Position numbers and translations under genes: made by a program. Below the pieces are notes generated by a model, which saw only the letters and a program-made list of their open reading frames with translations, did not search any database and was not told the origin of the DNA. Below are positions 10,584 to 20,089 of a stretch of 48,911 nucleotides of DNA, in pieces. This DNA comes from Hydrurus foetidus (taxonomy: Eukaryota), in NCBI GenBank assembly GCA_900617105.1, contig UYFQ01000256.1, positions 1-48,911 on the forward strand, given 5' to 3'. Every line of letters starts with the position of its first letter. The first letter of the stretch is position 1.

Positions 10584-10851
10584 GATGTTGGGATATAGTG
10601 ATAGTTGTGCAATACAGAGATGTCTATGATAAATTGGAAATTGGTCGTTTCGTGTTATGTACGTCGTCCGACATCAAGATCCATCCCCCCAAATTTTGGA
10701 CCCCCCAAAAAAAGAAAACCGTTCGGTAAAAAGATTTTGGGGAAAAAACACGATTTTTGAAAGTTGAATCTGGGGTCCGATTCAACTTTCAAAAAAGTGT
10801 AACTTTTTGACGGAAATTTACCGAACGCACCCGGTATCATCACATCATCAC

Positions 10852-11296
10852 TGTTGAGTTTTCACGTAGAACCGGGTACGCACAACCACAGGAGAAAGGT
10901 CTCTGGCAGTTGACTGATTCCTCTCAAGACTCGTGAAATACTGTCTGTTGCAATAATCACTTGTTAATTAGATTTGTGCGCTAACATCAATCTTGCAGCG
11001 CTACAAATCATCATGAACAGTTCACAAACTGAAAGCATCTCAAAAGGAATCAACCGCCAGGAGACCCTGACGGTTGGACAGAGGCAAAACTCCGCACGAA
11101 TCAGGTCTGGTTCCCTGACTGGAACCTAGACCGGATCTTGGACCGGGCTTCGGACCGGACCTTGGACTGGACCCCTGTCCGGACCTCGGACCGGACCCTG
11201 AGTCGGACTCTAGACTGAGTCCTGACTCAGACCATGGACCGTACATACTAAGCTACGCAAGTGCGGCATAACATGGGAATACCAGATATTCCAACA
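10852..11296 (-). repeat. 3' LTR of Copia-B
   Basis: Near-identical to 13452-13851 + 19399-19428 + 19884-19898; contains GGACC-rich short repeats. Confidence 0.92.
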
Positions 11297-11482
11297 ATCA
11301 CGTCCATAGTCCATGATCCATGATCACAATCAACAATCACAGTCTTCGAGTTATCACATCATATTTCCAGCAATCAACAACTTCCCATGACAACTGGGTA
11401 CTCTTCTCTGTGGCTCATTCAAGTGGAAATTACGGAGAGCGAAATGACTCGCATTTTCGGTGCTTTTTAGCTGTCGTCAAAA
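11297..11482 (+). repeat. 186-bp copy of the host flank (19899-20084) inside Copia-B, between the 3' LTR and the PPT
   Basis: Near-identical to 19899-20084 (one difference seen); starts with the TSD ATCAC; followed by CA and CACCCCTT (PPT on the minus strand). Confidence 0.9.
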
Positions 11483-11772
11483 CACACCCCTTATTTCGCA
11501 CGCAATACAGTTCAATCATCACACATGCAGTATATCTTCGCCCGGTTCCTTGACTGGACCCTGGACCAGATCTTGGCCTCGACCTTGGACCGGATGACTG
11601 TCCGGACCTCTCACTCGACCGTGGGCCAGACCCTTGACTGAGTCTTGACCCACTCCCCGCATGGCACATATAGTATACGCTACTCCTACTGTTGTTCTCT
11701 GTCTCTGTCTTGGGTCTTGTGCTGATGTGCTGTAAATCGGATGACATTGCCCACCCCTAATCTCACTCGGAC

Positions 11773-12546
11773 TCACTCCGTGTCTGCTCTCCACCCCGTT
11801 AGCGCCAGTCTCTCTGCCAGGAACTGCGCTCCTTGCAGTGGCTTCGTGAGCAGGTTCGCGAACATCGCTGCTGTCCCCATGTGCACGATGGCCGCCTCTC
11901 CCTTATCCACCCGCTCCTTCACCCAGAAATATCGTATGTTAATGTGCCTGGTCCTCTCCGCTGCTGACCTCCCACGCTGAACCAGTGCCATGCATGAAAG
12001 GTTGTCTTGGTATAGTATGAGAGAGTCCATCTTGTACCCCTGCGCTATGAGGATGTTCCTCACATGGATCCCCTGATGTGTTGAGTCGGACAGTGCCACC
12101 AGCTCCGCTTCCGTACTTGACTTTGTCACGATCTGCTGCTTGCACGATTTGCAGTGCACCGCGCCCATTTCCCCGATCACAATGCAGCTCCCGGTGTGGG
12201 ACTTCCCGTCGGCGTGCACCCCGTATGCCGCATCCACTAGCACCTTCACTACGATTCCTCCTTCTCCGATTCTCAATCTTATCCCATGTCCTCGTGTCGC
12301 TCTGATGTACTTGATCAGGCGCGCCAGCTTGTCCAAGTCATCCCTATCGCACCGTGATACCCTAGTCGCGAGGAATGCGACTGCAGTGAGGCAGTCTGGT
12401 CTTGCGCGCTTCGCAAGGTACAGTAGCTTGGCTACCATCGTGTGGAAGTGTCCCTGCCCTGCATCGGTCGCCTTCACTGTCTCGGGTCGCACCGAGAATA
12501 GGTTCTCGGTCCCTGGTGTCCTCGCACCCCCTGGAGACTCACTACC
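11773..12546 (-). pseudogene. Copia-B RT C-terminus and RNase H
   Basis: VAKLLYLAKRARPD, LVDAAYGVHADGKSHTG, SSTEAELVALSD, YQDN, FANLLTKPLQG. Confidence 0.93.
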
Positions 12547-13418
12547 GGGTCCCGGGCCTTCGTAACGTATGCTGCATCTGTAACATATGCATTACTAGTC
12601 TCTTCGTTCCTCTGGTATGCACCGTGCTGTCCCACACTATACTCCGATGCAAACTTATATGCTGCATTCAGAGTAGCAGGGTATGCATCTGCATGACCCT
12701 TAAGGGCATCGTACCGCATCCTCTCTCTCATGCTCTCATAGCGTCTGGAGTCTAGCTTGTATAGGAACTCCATGGCTCGTAGCGAATTCGTAAGTGGTAG
12801 TATACCGACACCTTCATTTACTAAAATTTGGTTGTCGTATCTAAGTTTGAAGACATTTATATTTTCTCGCTCACCTTGTCTGAGGACCTCGAACCGTGTA
12901 ATCTGTTCCATCCTGTTAACATCTGCCATATGCACCCATTCACCGTGTATGTGGGTGAGATGTGTGCTTCTTATGAACTCCCACAGTCGCACTGAGTCCA
13001 GGTTCACATGTGCGACCCTGAATCCGGCCTGTTCGGTTACCTTGTTTTGGGATGCGATTGACATTTTCGCCCACATGAGTGAGTATATGTTCTTCTCATT
13101 TTCGAGCTGTTTGTCGATCTTCCTCCTTTTCCCTTCTAGGGCGTTGTCTCTCAACTTGAGAATCGATGCAGCTGTCACGGGTGGGTACGGTGCCTCACCC
13201 TCTTCGACCGGTGGAATGACCGGCACGTAATCCAGCTCTCTGGGCATCGGCGGCACATATCTCTCATTCGTGATGAGGAATTGCCCGCTCAGCCCGTACA
13301 GCCCGCATACAATCACTTCCAATGCGTCTCTCCATTGGATAATGTTGTTGTATTTTCCGAACCGCAGAATGCACTCCGCTGCTTCCTTCGGTCCCTCGAC
13401 AGCTTTCTTCGGCGGCAT
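12547..13418 (-). pseudogene. Copia-B Gag, truncated before the Zn knuckle by a deletion that also removes the protease, integrase and most of RT (out-of-frame junction near 12547)
   Basis: MPPKK..ECILRFGKYNN..LWEFIRSTHLTHIHG..LRQGERE..FLYKLD aligns with Copia-A Gag. Confidence 0.9.
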
Positions 13419-14082
13419 CACGATGCGCAGAGCTGTTGCTTAATCTAATTATGTTGAGTTTTCACGTAGAACCGGGTACGCACAACCACAGGAGAAAGGT
13501 CTCTGGCAGTTGACTGATTCCTCTCAAGACTCGTGAAATACTGTCTGTTGCAATAATCACTTGTTAATTAGATTTGTGCGCTAACATCAATCTTGCAGCG
13601 CTACAAATCATCATGAACAGTTCACAAACTGAAAGCATCTCAAAAGGAATCAACCGCCAGGAGACCCTGACGGTTGGACAGAGGCAAAACTCCGCACGAA
13701 TCAGGTCTGGTTCCCTGACTGGAACCTAGACCGGATCTTGGACCGGGCTTCGGACCGGACCTTGGACTGGACCCCTGTCCGGACCTCGGACCGGACCCTG
13801 AGTCGGACTCTAGACTGAGTCCTGACTCAGACCATGGACCGTACATACTAAGGCCACAATTCACCGTCACGTGATAACGCGATACGTGATAGTATCACGT
13901 GCAGATTATCACGTAAAACTTTGATTCGCCGGACACGCGATGACATTTCCAACGTGATAGTATCGCGGATCCTCCAATATTCAACGCGAAAAACAGATTT
14001 ATCGCGTCCTCGATTTTATCAAAACGCGATACATTATAGGACTACGTTGCCACCTTGGAAACCATACAATTTATTCAGACAG

Positions 14083-15308
14083 ATGGCAGACGAGGCATCA
14101 ATTCGAATGAATAGGGCAACTCGAGGACTGGGTGAAGCCTACATACTACTACTGTTGCTGGCATGGAACGATGTAGTTACGAACGGTTCGAAGCAGAGCA
14201 CCGCCCAGATTGAGCAATCTATTAAAGTGAGAGCAGCAGATTGGGTCAAGGAGCTGTTTGATAGTTACAAATACATTCCAATCAAAGATGCCACGGCTGA
14301 GTCTATCATGGCCCAAGTTGAGAAGGATTCTGGCGTCCAAATGTTGAGAAAGCCAAGGACGCTGTGGCTTTCATCATAAACGTCCTAAATCCTGCATGGA
14401 AAGATCCTGTCGCGTATGCTTCGGGAACTCAACTTGGTGACGCACTATCCGTATGTAAGGAGGCAGCTTGGCAGCGAAATGAGGAAGAGAAAAAGAAACA
14501 AGCAGCAAAGAGGAAAGTAGACTATCAACCGCGTCCATTTGATCCTAGCTGGCAAATCAAAGAGTGGCTATCCTTTCGCTACGTAGGCGTCCCATCCGGA
14601 AGGTCATGCGTTGATATTTGTGAGAAACGCACGTATCTATATATGCGAGAAACTAACTCCTTTGCCAATGTTCATTTAAACAGGACGAAATGCCTTCAAG
14701 TGCTGAAAACTCCACCCCCTGGTAGTGGCCCATCAAAAACAAAAGAGGTTCTGCCAACGGTATCATCTGAATCCTTGAGATCAGCTATGGCTGCGACAGG
14801 CGGCCGCAACCAGCGTCGTCTTGCGAATCTCAAAACTGAGACTACGAATACTCCAGAGACCGATCTGGAGCTGCAGATGATATCGAGCAGCATACTTGAG
14901 CAGCGGAAGATAGCATCGAACGTCAAATGGACGACTGAGAGAGAGAGATTGACGGCCATAGTTGACCTATCGAAGCAAATGCCAGATGTTACGGAATCTG
15001 AAAGATCCGCAAATATGCGTGAGTTGTATAATTTTTTGAAGCGCCCGGTAGAAGAGGTCGAACAGGTTTCGTTAGGAACCGCCAGCAAATCTTTGAAAAC
15101 TTCAAGAAACACTAATGTTGACTCTTTCTCAACTCCTGCTTCAGCTTTAGCTGCATCTTCTTCCTCTTCATCTAAACAGGTTGAGCAGGATGCGCGGGAT
15201 GATGACTACACAATTGTGCCTCCACTAAGATACCACCCTGATCAAACCGAGAGTGATGACAATTTTGAATACGAAGAAGACTACGGGATGCCATATGAAG
15301 CCATCTAA
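14083..15308 (+). pseudogene. Accessory (ORF1) gene of the Harbinger-like element; frameshift near 14355; possible 81-nt intron 14603-14683
   Basis: Homologous to 18789-19150(-) across the frameshift (..GVQMLRK/AK.AV..IINVLNPAWKDPVA.ASGTQLG); convergent with the transposase. Confidence 0.8.
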
Positions 15309-15311
15309 ACT

Positions 15312-15797
15312 CGTATACCACCTTCCCCAGTCCAGCCCAGTTCAGTCGTATACCACCTTCCCCAGTCCAGCCCAGTTCAGTCGTATACCACCTTCCCCAG
15401 TCCAGTCCAGTCCAGTTCAGTCGTATACCACCTTCCCCAGTCCAGTCCAGTTCAGCCGTACACCGCCTTCCCCAGTTCAGTCCAGTTCAGCCGTATACCG
15501 CCTTCCCCAGTCCAGTCCAGTTCAGTCGTATACCACCTTCCCCAGTCCAGCCCAGTTCAGTCGTATACCACCTTCCCCAGTCCAGTCCAGTTCAGTCGTA
15601 TACCACCTTCCCCAGTCCAGTCCAGTTCAGCCGTACACCGCCTTCCCCAGTTCAGTCCAGTTCAGTCGTATACCACCTTCCCCAGTTCAGTCCAGTTCAG
15701 CCGTACACCACCTTCCCCAGTTCAGTCCAGTTCAGTCGCACACCGCCTTCCCCAGTTCAGTCCAGTTCAGCCGTACACCGCCTTTCCAAGTCCAGTC
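15312..15797. repeat. Minisatellite, 35-40 bp unit CGTATACCACCTTCCCCAGT(CCAGY)nTCAGT, about 13 copies
   Basis: Directly visible tandem units whose length varies by CCAGT/TCAGT pentamers. Confidence 0.92.
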
Positions 15798-16049
15798 CCT
15801 AGCGGGTTTTTTTTGTGAACACAACTCACTTTTTTTTTAAATCTTTTTTTTATAACCTCTTTAAATCAATTGTATTCTCACACAATATCCTATACCTTAA
15901 TTCCTACTGCCTTTATTAAATCTGACTTTATTCTCAAAACTCCTCTCATCTTTCTTGTTATAAATTAAAAAAACATTATCCAACAAATTTTTTTTTTGAA
16001 AACGAGAAAATGAAATTTAAAATGAAAATAAAATGAAACTATTTAAAAC

Positions 16050-17513
16050 TGGTAAGTTTTAATTTCCTTTATTGTACACTAGTTTTTTTTCTTCAGTAAA
16101 CTTAGTGGGCCACTTTACAATCCCGAATTATATGCATGTACAAAATGATCAACAAGTATGCGACGTTTCATATTAAAGTCAGTATCCCATTCTTCTATGA
16201 ATTCATTCCCTATCATCCTTTCCTCCTCTTCTGTATTATCGATTGATGAAATCCACTCAGATACACGTCTATTAATTAATATTTGCTGACTTCCCATCAC
16301 ACCCTCTTCTACCTCATCAAACCCTTCATCTGAATTAGTCGGTTGCGGGTGGATAGCTTCCCAATCCACATCCTTTTCCCATCTACAATCCAAGCCATCA
16401 TCCTCTAAAATCATATTGTGTAAAATGCAGCACGTAAAGAATACATTATCTATTGAATTTTGATCTTGCAATACAATACCGTTTCTGAGAAATCTCCATC
16501 TACCTTTTAAACTACCAAACGTGCATTCAACATCTTTTCTAGTAGATTCAATCCACTCAGACCATATTCGATCACTTCTAACAGATGTTTGTTTCATAGG
16601 ATTTATCATGCATGTCCACTTATGATTACCACCATCACAAATATAATAAACACCTTTCATTGGTTTTAAAACTCCATCAATAAAAACATTGAACTCAATA
16701 TTTTCATTTACTTTTTTTCTCTGACATCAGTAATATAAGTATCACCACGGACAATGGTTTTATCATTTTTGCCCCCCAATAACTGCTTGTAGATGCAAGT
16801 ATTCTGTGATGATGATCTACAGTACATGAGTAAGCAAGAGTTGGATATCCTTCCTTCCCACTACACTGTTGCGCCAAGCCTACGGGGCATCGATCCCATT
16901 TGAGGTGAACGCAGTCGGTTGATCCAATACAACCGGGGAGACCCATTTGTTCAAAAACTTTCATAACTTTGAAAAGCTTTTCACCCACTGGACGATAAAC
17001 ATATATTGAATAATATTCTCTGACAAAATTTTCACAAAAAGTGTGAAAAGCCCTTCTCGCTGTGGATTCACCCATGAAAGTTGCCTCCGCAATGTCGTCG
17101 AAGTTCCAATTTCTTCCCAAAATTCGAAGCACGGACAAAAGCTTGATTTCCACTGGGCATAAAGTTCGACCAGTGATATCCCTATCCCTACTTGCATTTT
17201 CTCCGAAAAGATTTTTGTCCAAGCACTTTTGTACCAGATTGCAAAAAACACCGTAAGGAACTCGAAATCGACGTCGGAATAGTTTTCCGTCTCTTGAGTC
17301 AATCGATGGTCCACCATCAATTTGTGCCAGGCGCACTAATAGCTGACCCCACGGAGAGCATTGGTAGTTGATGTCGTTCAAACGTTGAACGTTTGGTGGA
17401 GTACGCTGAGGTCTGCGATTTAGCTTGGCGATAGAACGCCTCTTCGCCATCCTTTTCATGATCGCCATCATCACCGAAAACTGACCGAGAATGAACTTGG
17501 TTGAGTAGATCAT
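16050..17513 (-). pseudogene. Harbinger-like DDE transposase, frameshifted
   Basis: FRRRFRVP, GLPGCIGSTDCVHLKWDRCP, YYICDGG, ESTRKDVECTFGSLKGRWRFL, CCILHNMILEDD; frameshift at the C-run near 16770 and probably another near 16117. Confidence 0.92.
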
Positions 17514-17951
17514 CTTTCAAAGATTCTTGGTTCAAAAAGCTATGTGCTATCATCTGGTAGATAGCTTGAAACGGTCATCTTGGGTAAAAAATTCTTAAAA
17601 ATTTGAATTTTTGAATTATCACGTGCAGATTATCACGAAAAACGGTGAAACGTGGAAAAGTTCGTATACGTGATAATCTGCACGTGATACTAACGCGTAT
17701 CGCGTTATCAGGCTACAATTCACCGCAACGTCTAAACGGAGTCGGTGTAGTATAACGTAGATTCTGACCGTGTGCTACAATTTGACTTAATTCACCGTTC
17801 TCCGGAATACATCTTACGTTATAATTCAAAATTCGAAAATTTGAATAATTTCTCGACTTTTACCGACCGTTACATCATTTCTAAGCAACATATGCTATAG
17901 CTTCTAGTGACTTCTGATGCACAAATTTTTGAAGTCGGTTCGCTCCTCAGG

Positions 17952-18788
17952 ATGATTTATTCTCTTAGTCAGTTTTCTGCCATGATGATGATCATGCTAA
18001 GGGTCATCAAGAGGCGCAAAGTTGCAAAGTCAAGTGCAAAGCCACGGCGTAGTCCTACGTCTGTTCCCCGATTGAAGGCAATCGATTATTGGTACTCTCC
18101 ATGGGGTCAGCTTCTGAGGCGTTTTGCTGCAATTGATGGTGGACCATCAATTGCATCAAGAGACGGCAAATTGTTCAGGCGCCGATTTCGAGTCCCATAC
18201 AGCGTATATCGCAATTTGGTGCAGAAATGCCACGAGAAGAACCTCTTCGGTGAGAATTCTTCTAAGGAAAAGGATATTACTGGGAGAAGTATTTGTCCTG
18301 TTGAAATCAAATTATTGTCGGTACTTCGAGTACTGGGCCGGAATTGGAATTTTGATGACATCGCTGAGGCAACATTCATGGGGGAGTCGACTGCAAGGAG
18401 AATGTTCCACACATTTTGTTCTAATTTTGTGGAACACTTTTATTCGGTGTTTGTTTACAGACCAACTGGTGACAAACTATCAAGAGTCATGAAAGTTTTT
18501 GAGCCAATGGGATTACCGGGCTGTATTGGCTCCACAGACTGTGTTCATTTAAAATGGGATCGGTGTCCTGTTGGACTTGCTCAACTATGCTCTGGTAAGG
18601 AGGGATTTCCTACTCTTGCATATTCTTGCACAGTAGATCATCACCATAGGATTTTAGCATCTACTACTAGTTATTGGGGTGCAAAAAATGATAAAACGAT
18701 AGTGCGTGGAGATACTTATATTACAGATGTGAGAGAAAAAAAAGTACACGATGATGTAGAGTTTAATGTTTATGTAAATGGTGTATTG
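17952..18788 (+). pseudogene. N-terminal ~280 aa of the Harbinger-like transposase, truncated by deletion
   Basis: Highly similar to 16704-17513(-); ends before the second catalytic Asp motif (YYICDGG). Confidence 0.92.
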
Positions 18789-19150
18789 TACTCACCTAGT
18801 TGAGTTCCTGAGGCAAACGCAACTGGATCCTTCCAAGCAGGATTCAGGACGTTAATGATGAGAGTCACCGCCTCCTTGGCCTTTCGCAACATTTGCACGC
18901 CAGTATCCTTGTCAACCAATGTTGAAAGGACTTCGGGCGTCGCGTCCTTTATTGGTATGTATCTATAATTGTCGTAGATCTCCTTTACCCAGTCCGCGGC
19001 TCTCACTTTCAGAGACTGTTCAATTTGAGGAACACTCTGCTTCCCTCCGTTGGTGACAACGCCATTCCATGCGAGGAGGAGAAGAAGTGTGTATGCTTCA
19101 ACCAATCCTCTTGTCGATCTAACCATACGAGCAGTAACTTCCTCCGACAT
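18789..19150 (-). pseudogene. N-terminal fragment of the accessory ORF1 gene
   Basis: MSEEVTARMVRSTRGLVEAYTLLLLLAWNGVVTNGGKQS... aligns with 14083 onward; fused tail-to-tail to the transposase fragment. Confidence 0.85.
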
Positions 19151-19428
19151 TCTGTGGCTTTGCAATGTGGCTACGTCGCCCCATTTGATGATAGCGTTTT
19201 ATAAAAATAGAGAACGCTATATATCTATTTTTGACGTTGAAGATTTGAAAATCCGATCCAAGATAACGTCGAAAAAAATGCCGGGAGTCCGGCGAACCAG
19301 CTATTTCCGTTAAAAAACAACACGTTATACTACACCGACTCCGTTTAGACGTTGCGGTGAATTGTAGCCTCACGTGACGGTGAATTATTGTGGCCTAAGG
19401 TACGCAAGTGCGGCATAACATGGGAATA

Positions 19429-19881
19429 CCGTCGAGTGCCTATTCTTTTGCCATTTTCGATTTCCGGTTTTCAGAATTTCGGGGATTTTCGGCTGTTTTC
19501 CAACAATTTCGCGACAACTAGAGAAGTGGGGACCCCGATGAGATGTGTCAGGTGTTGCCTGAAGTTGTCCGCATCTTTTGATATATGACGGTCATGCACC
19601 TACGATGAGCAGATCGGCTGCAAATCGCGATCCAAAATGAACTTTTGGTCCCTTGCAATCGAAATTTCTCGATTTTGGGGAGCGCAGATTGAAAACTGAA
19701 TAGACAGTATACCCAAAATAACTATGCTCTTTCCGAATCCACTATCACATTTGCGTGAAATTCTATGTCCAAGGAGTTAGCAGTTCCCGTTGGCAATTAC
19801 CGTGTCAAAATTTCCGTGATTCTGACCGTTGTCAAAATCCTATTCTCACTTCAAAATGGCAAAAGAATAGGCACTCGACGG
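19429..19881. mobile_element. Tc1/mariner-type MITE, 453 bp
   Basis: Perfect 29-bp TIR CCGTCGAGTGCCTATTCTTTTGCCATTTT; TA duplicated at 19427-19428 and 19882-19883; the empty site GGGAATACCAG is present in the other LTR (11275-11285). Confidence 0.93.
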
Positions 19882-20089
19882 TACCAGATATTCCAACAAT
19901 CACGTCCATGGTCCATGATCCATGATCACAATCAACAATCACAGTCTTCGAGTTATCACATCATATTTCCAGCAATCAACAACTTCCCATGACAACTGGG
20001 TACTCTTCTCTGTGGCTCATTCAAGTGGAAATTACGGAGAGCGAAATGACTCGCATTTTCGGTGCTTTTTAGCTGTCGTCAAAATTATC

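Larger units (their letters stand above)
7927..10832. mobile_element. PIF/Harbinger DNA transposon, apparently intact and autonomous (2906 bp)
   Basis: 16-bp TIR GGGTGCTTTCGGTAAA / TTTACCGAACGCACCC (15/16); 3-bp TSD GGT at 7924-7926 and 10833-10835; convergent Myb/SANT and transposase genes. Confidence 0.95.
17711..19369. mobile_element. Internally deleted sister Harbinger-like element nested in the right TIR of the outer element, opposite orientation
   Basis: Perfect 48-bp TIR GGCTACAATTCACCGCAACGTCTAAACGGAGTCGGTGTAGTATAACGT; TSD TCA at 17708-17710 and 19370-19372. Confidence 0.95.
13852..19395. mobile_element. Harbinger-superfamily element ('plant transposon protein' type transposase), decayed, inserted in the Copia-B 5' LTR
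   Basis: About 64-bp imperfect TIR starting GGCCACAATTCACCGTCACGTGATAACGCGATACG; the right copy is split by the nested element; TSD TAA at 13849-13851 and 19396-19398. Confidence 0.93.
10852..19898 (-). mobile_element. Copia-B LTR retrotransposon (minus strand), internally deleted, with three DNA transposons nested in its 5' LTR
   Basis: 445-bp LTRs (sense TGTTGGAATA...CTCAACA): intact at 10852-11296, interrupted at 13452-19898; TSD ATCAC at 10847-10851 and 19899-19903; gag and RT/RNase H homologous to Copia-A. Confidence 0.93.
13452..19898 (-). repeat. 5' LTR of Copia-B, split into 13452-13851, 19399-19428 and 19884-19898
   Basis: Removing the nested elements and one copy of each TSD restores a sequence matching 10852-11296. 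Confidence 0.92.

Noticed and set aside
10852..11484. 633-bp LTR as the original LTR of Copia-B, with TSD ATCAC/ATCAT
   Set aside because: The right copy lacks the terminal CA at 20085-20086 and that TSD is imperfect, whereas the 445-bp LTR ends in CCAACA followed by a perfect ATCAC TSD.
11040..11794. SGPR-repeat ORFs (also 13640-13870)
   Set aside because: Translations of GGACC-rich LTR/UTR repeats with no domain signal.
15253..15840. 195-aa Pro/Ser/Gln-rich ORF
   Set aside because: Translation of the minisatellite.
16049..16063. 15-bp reverse-complement match to the Copia-A leader (4256-4270)
   Set aside because: Single AT-rich match in an unrelated transposase tail with no flanking homology; most likely chance.
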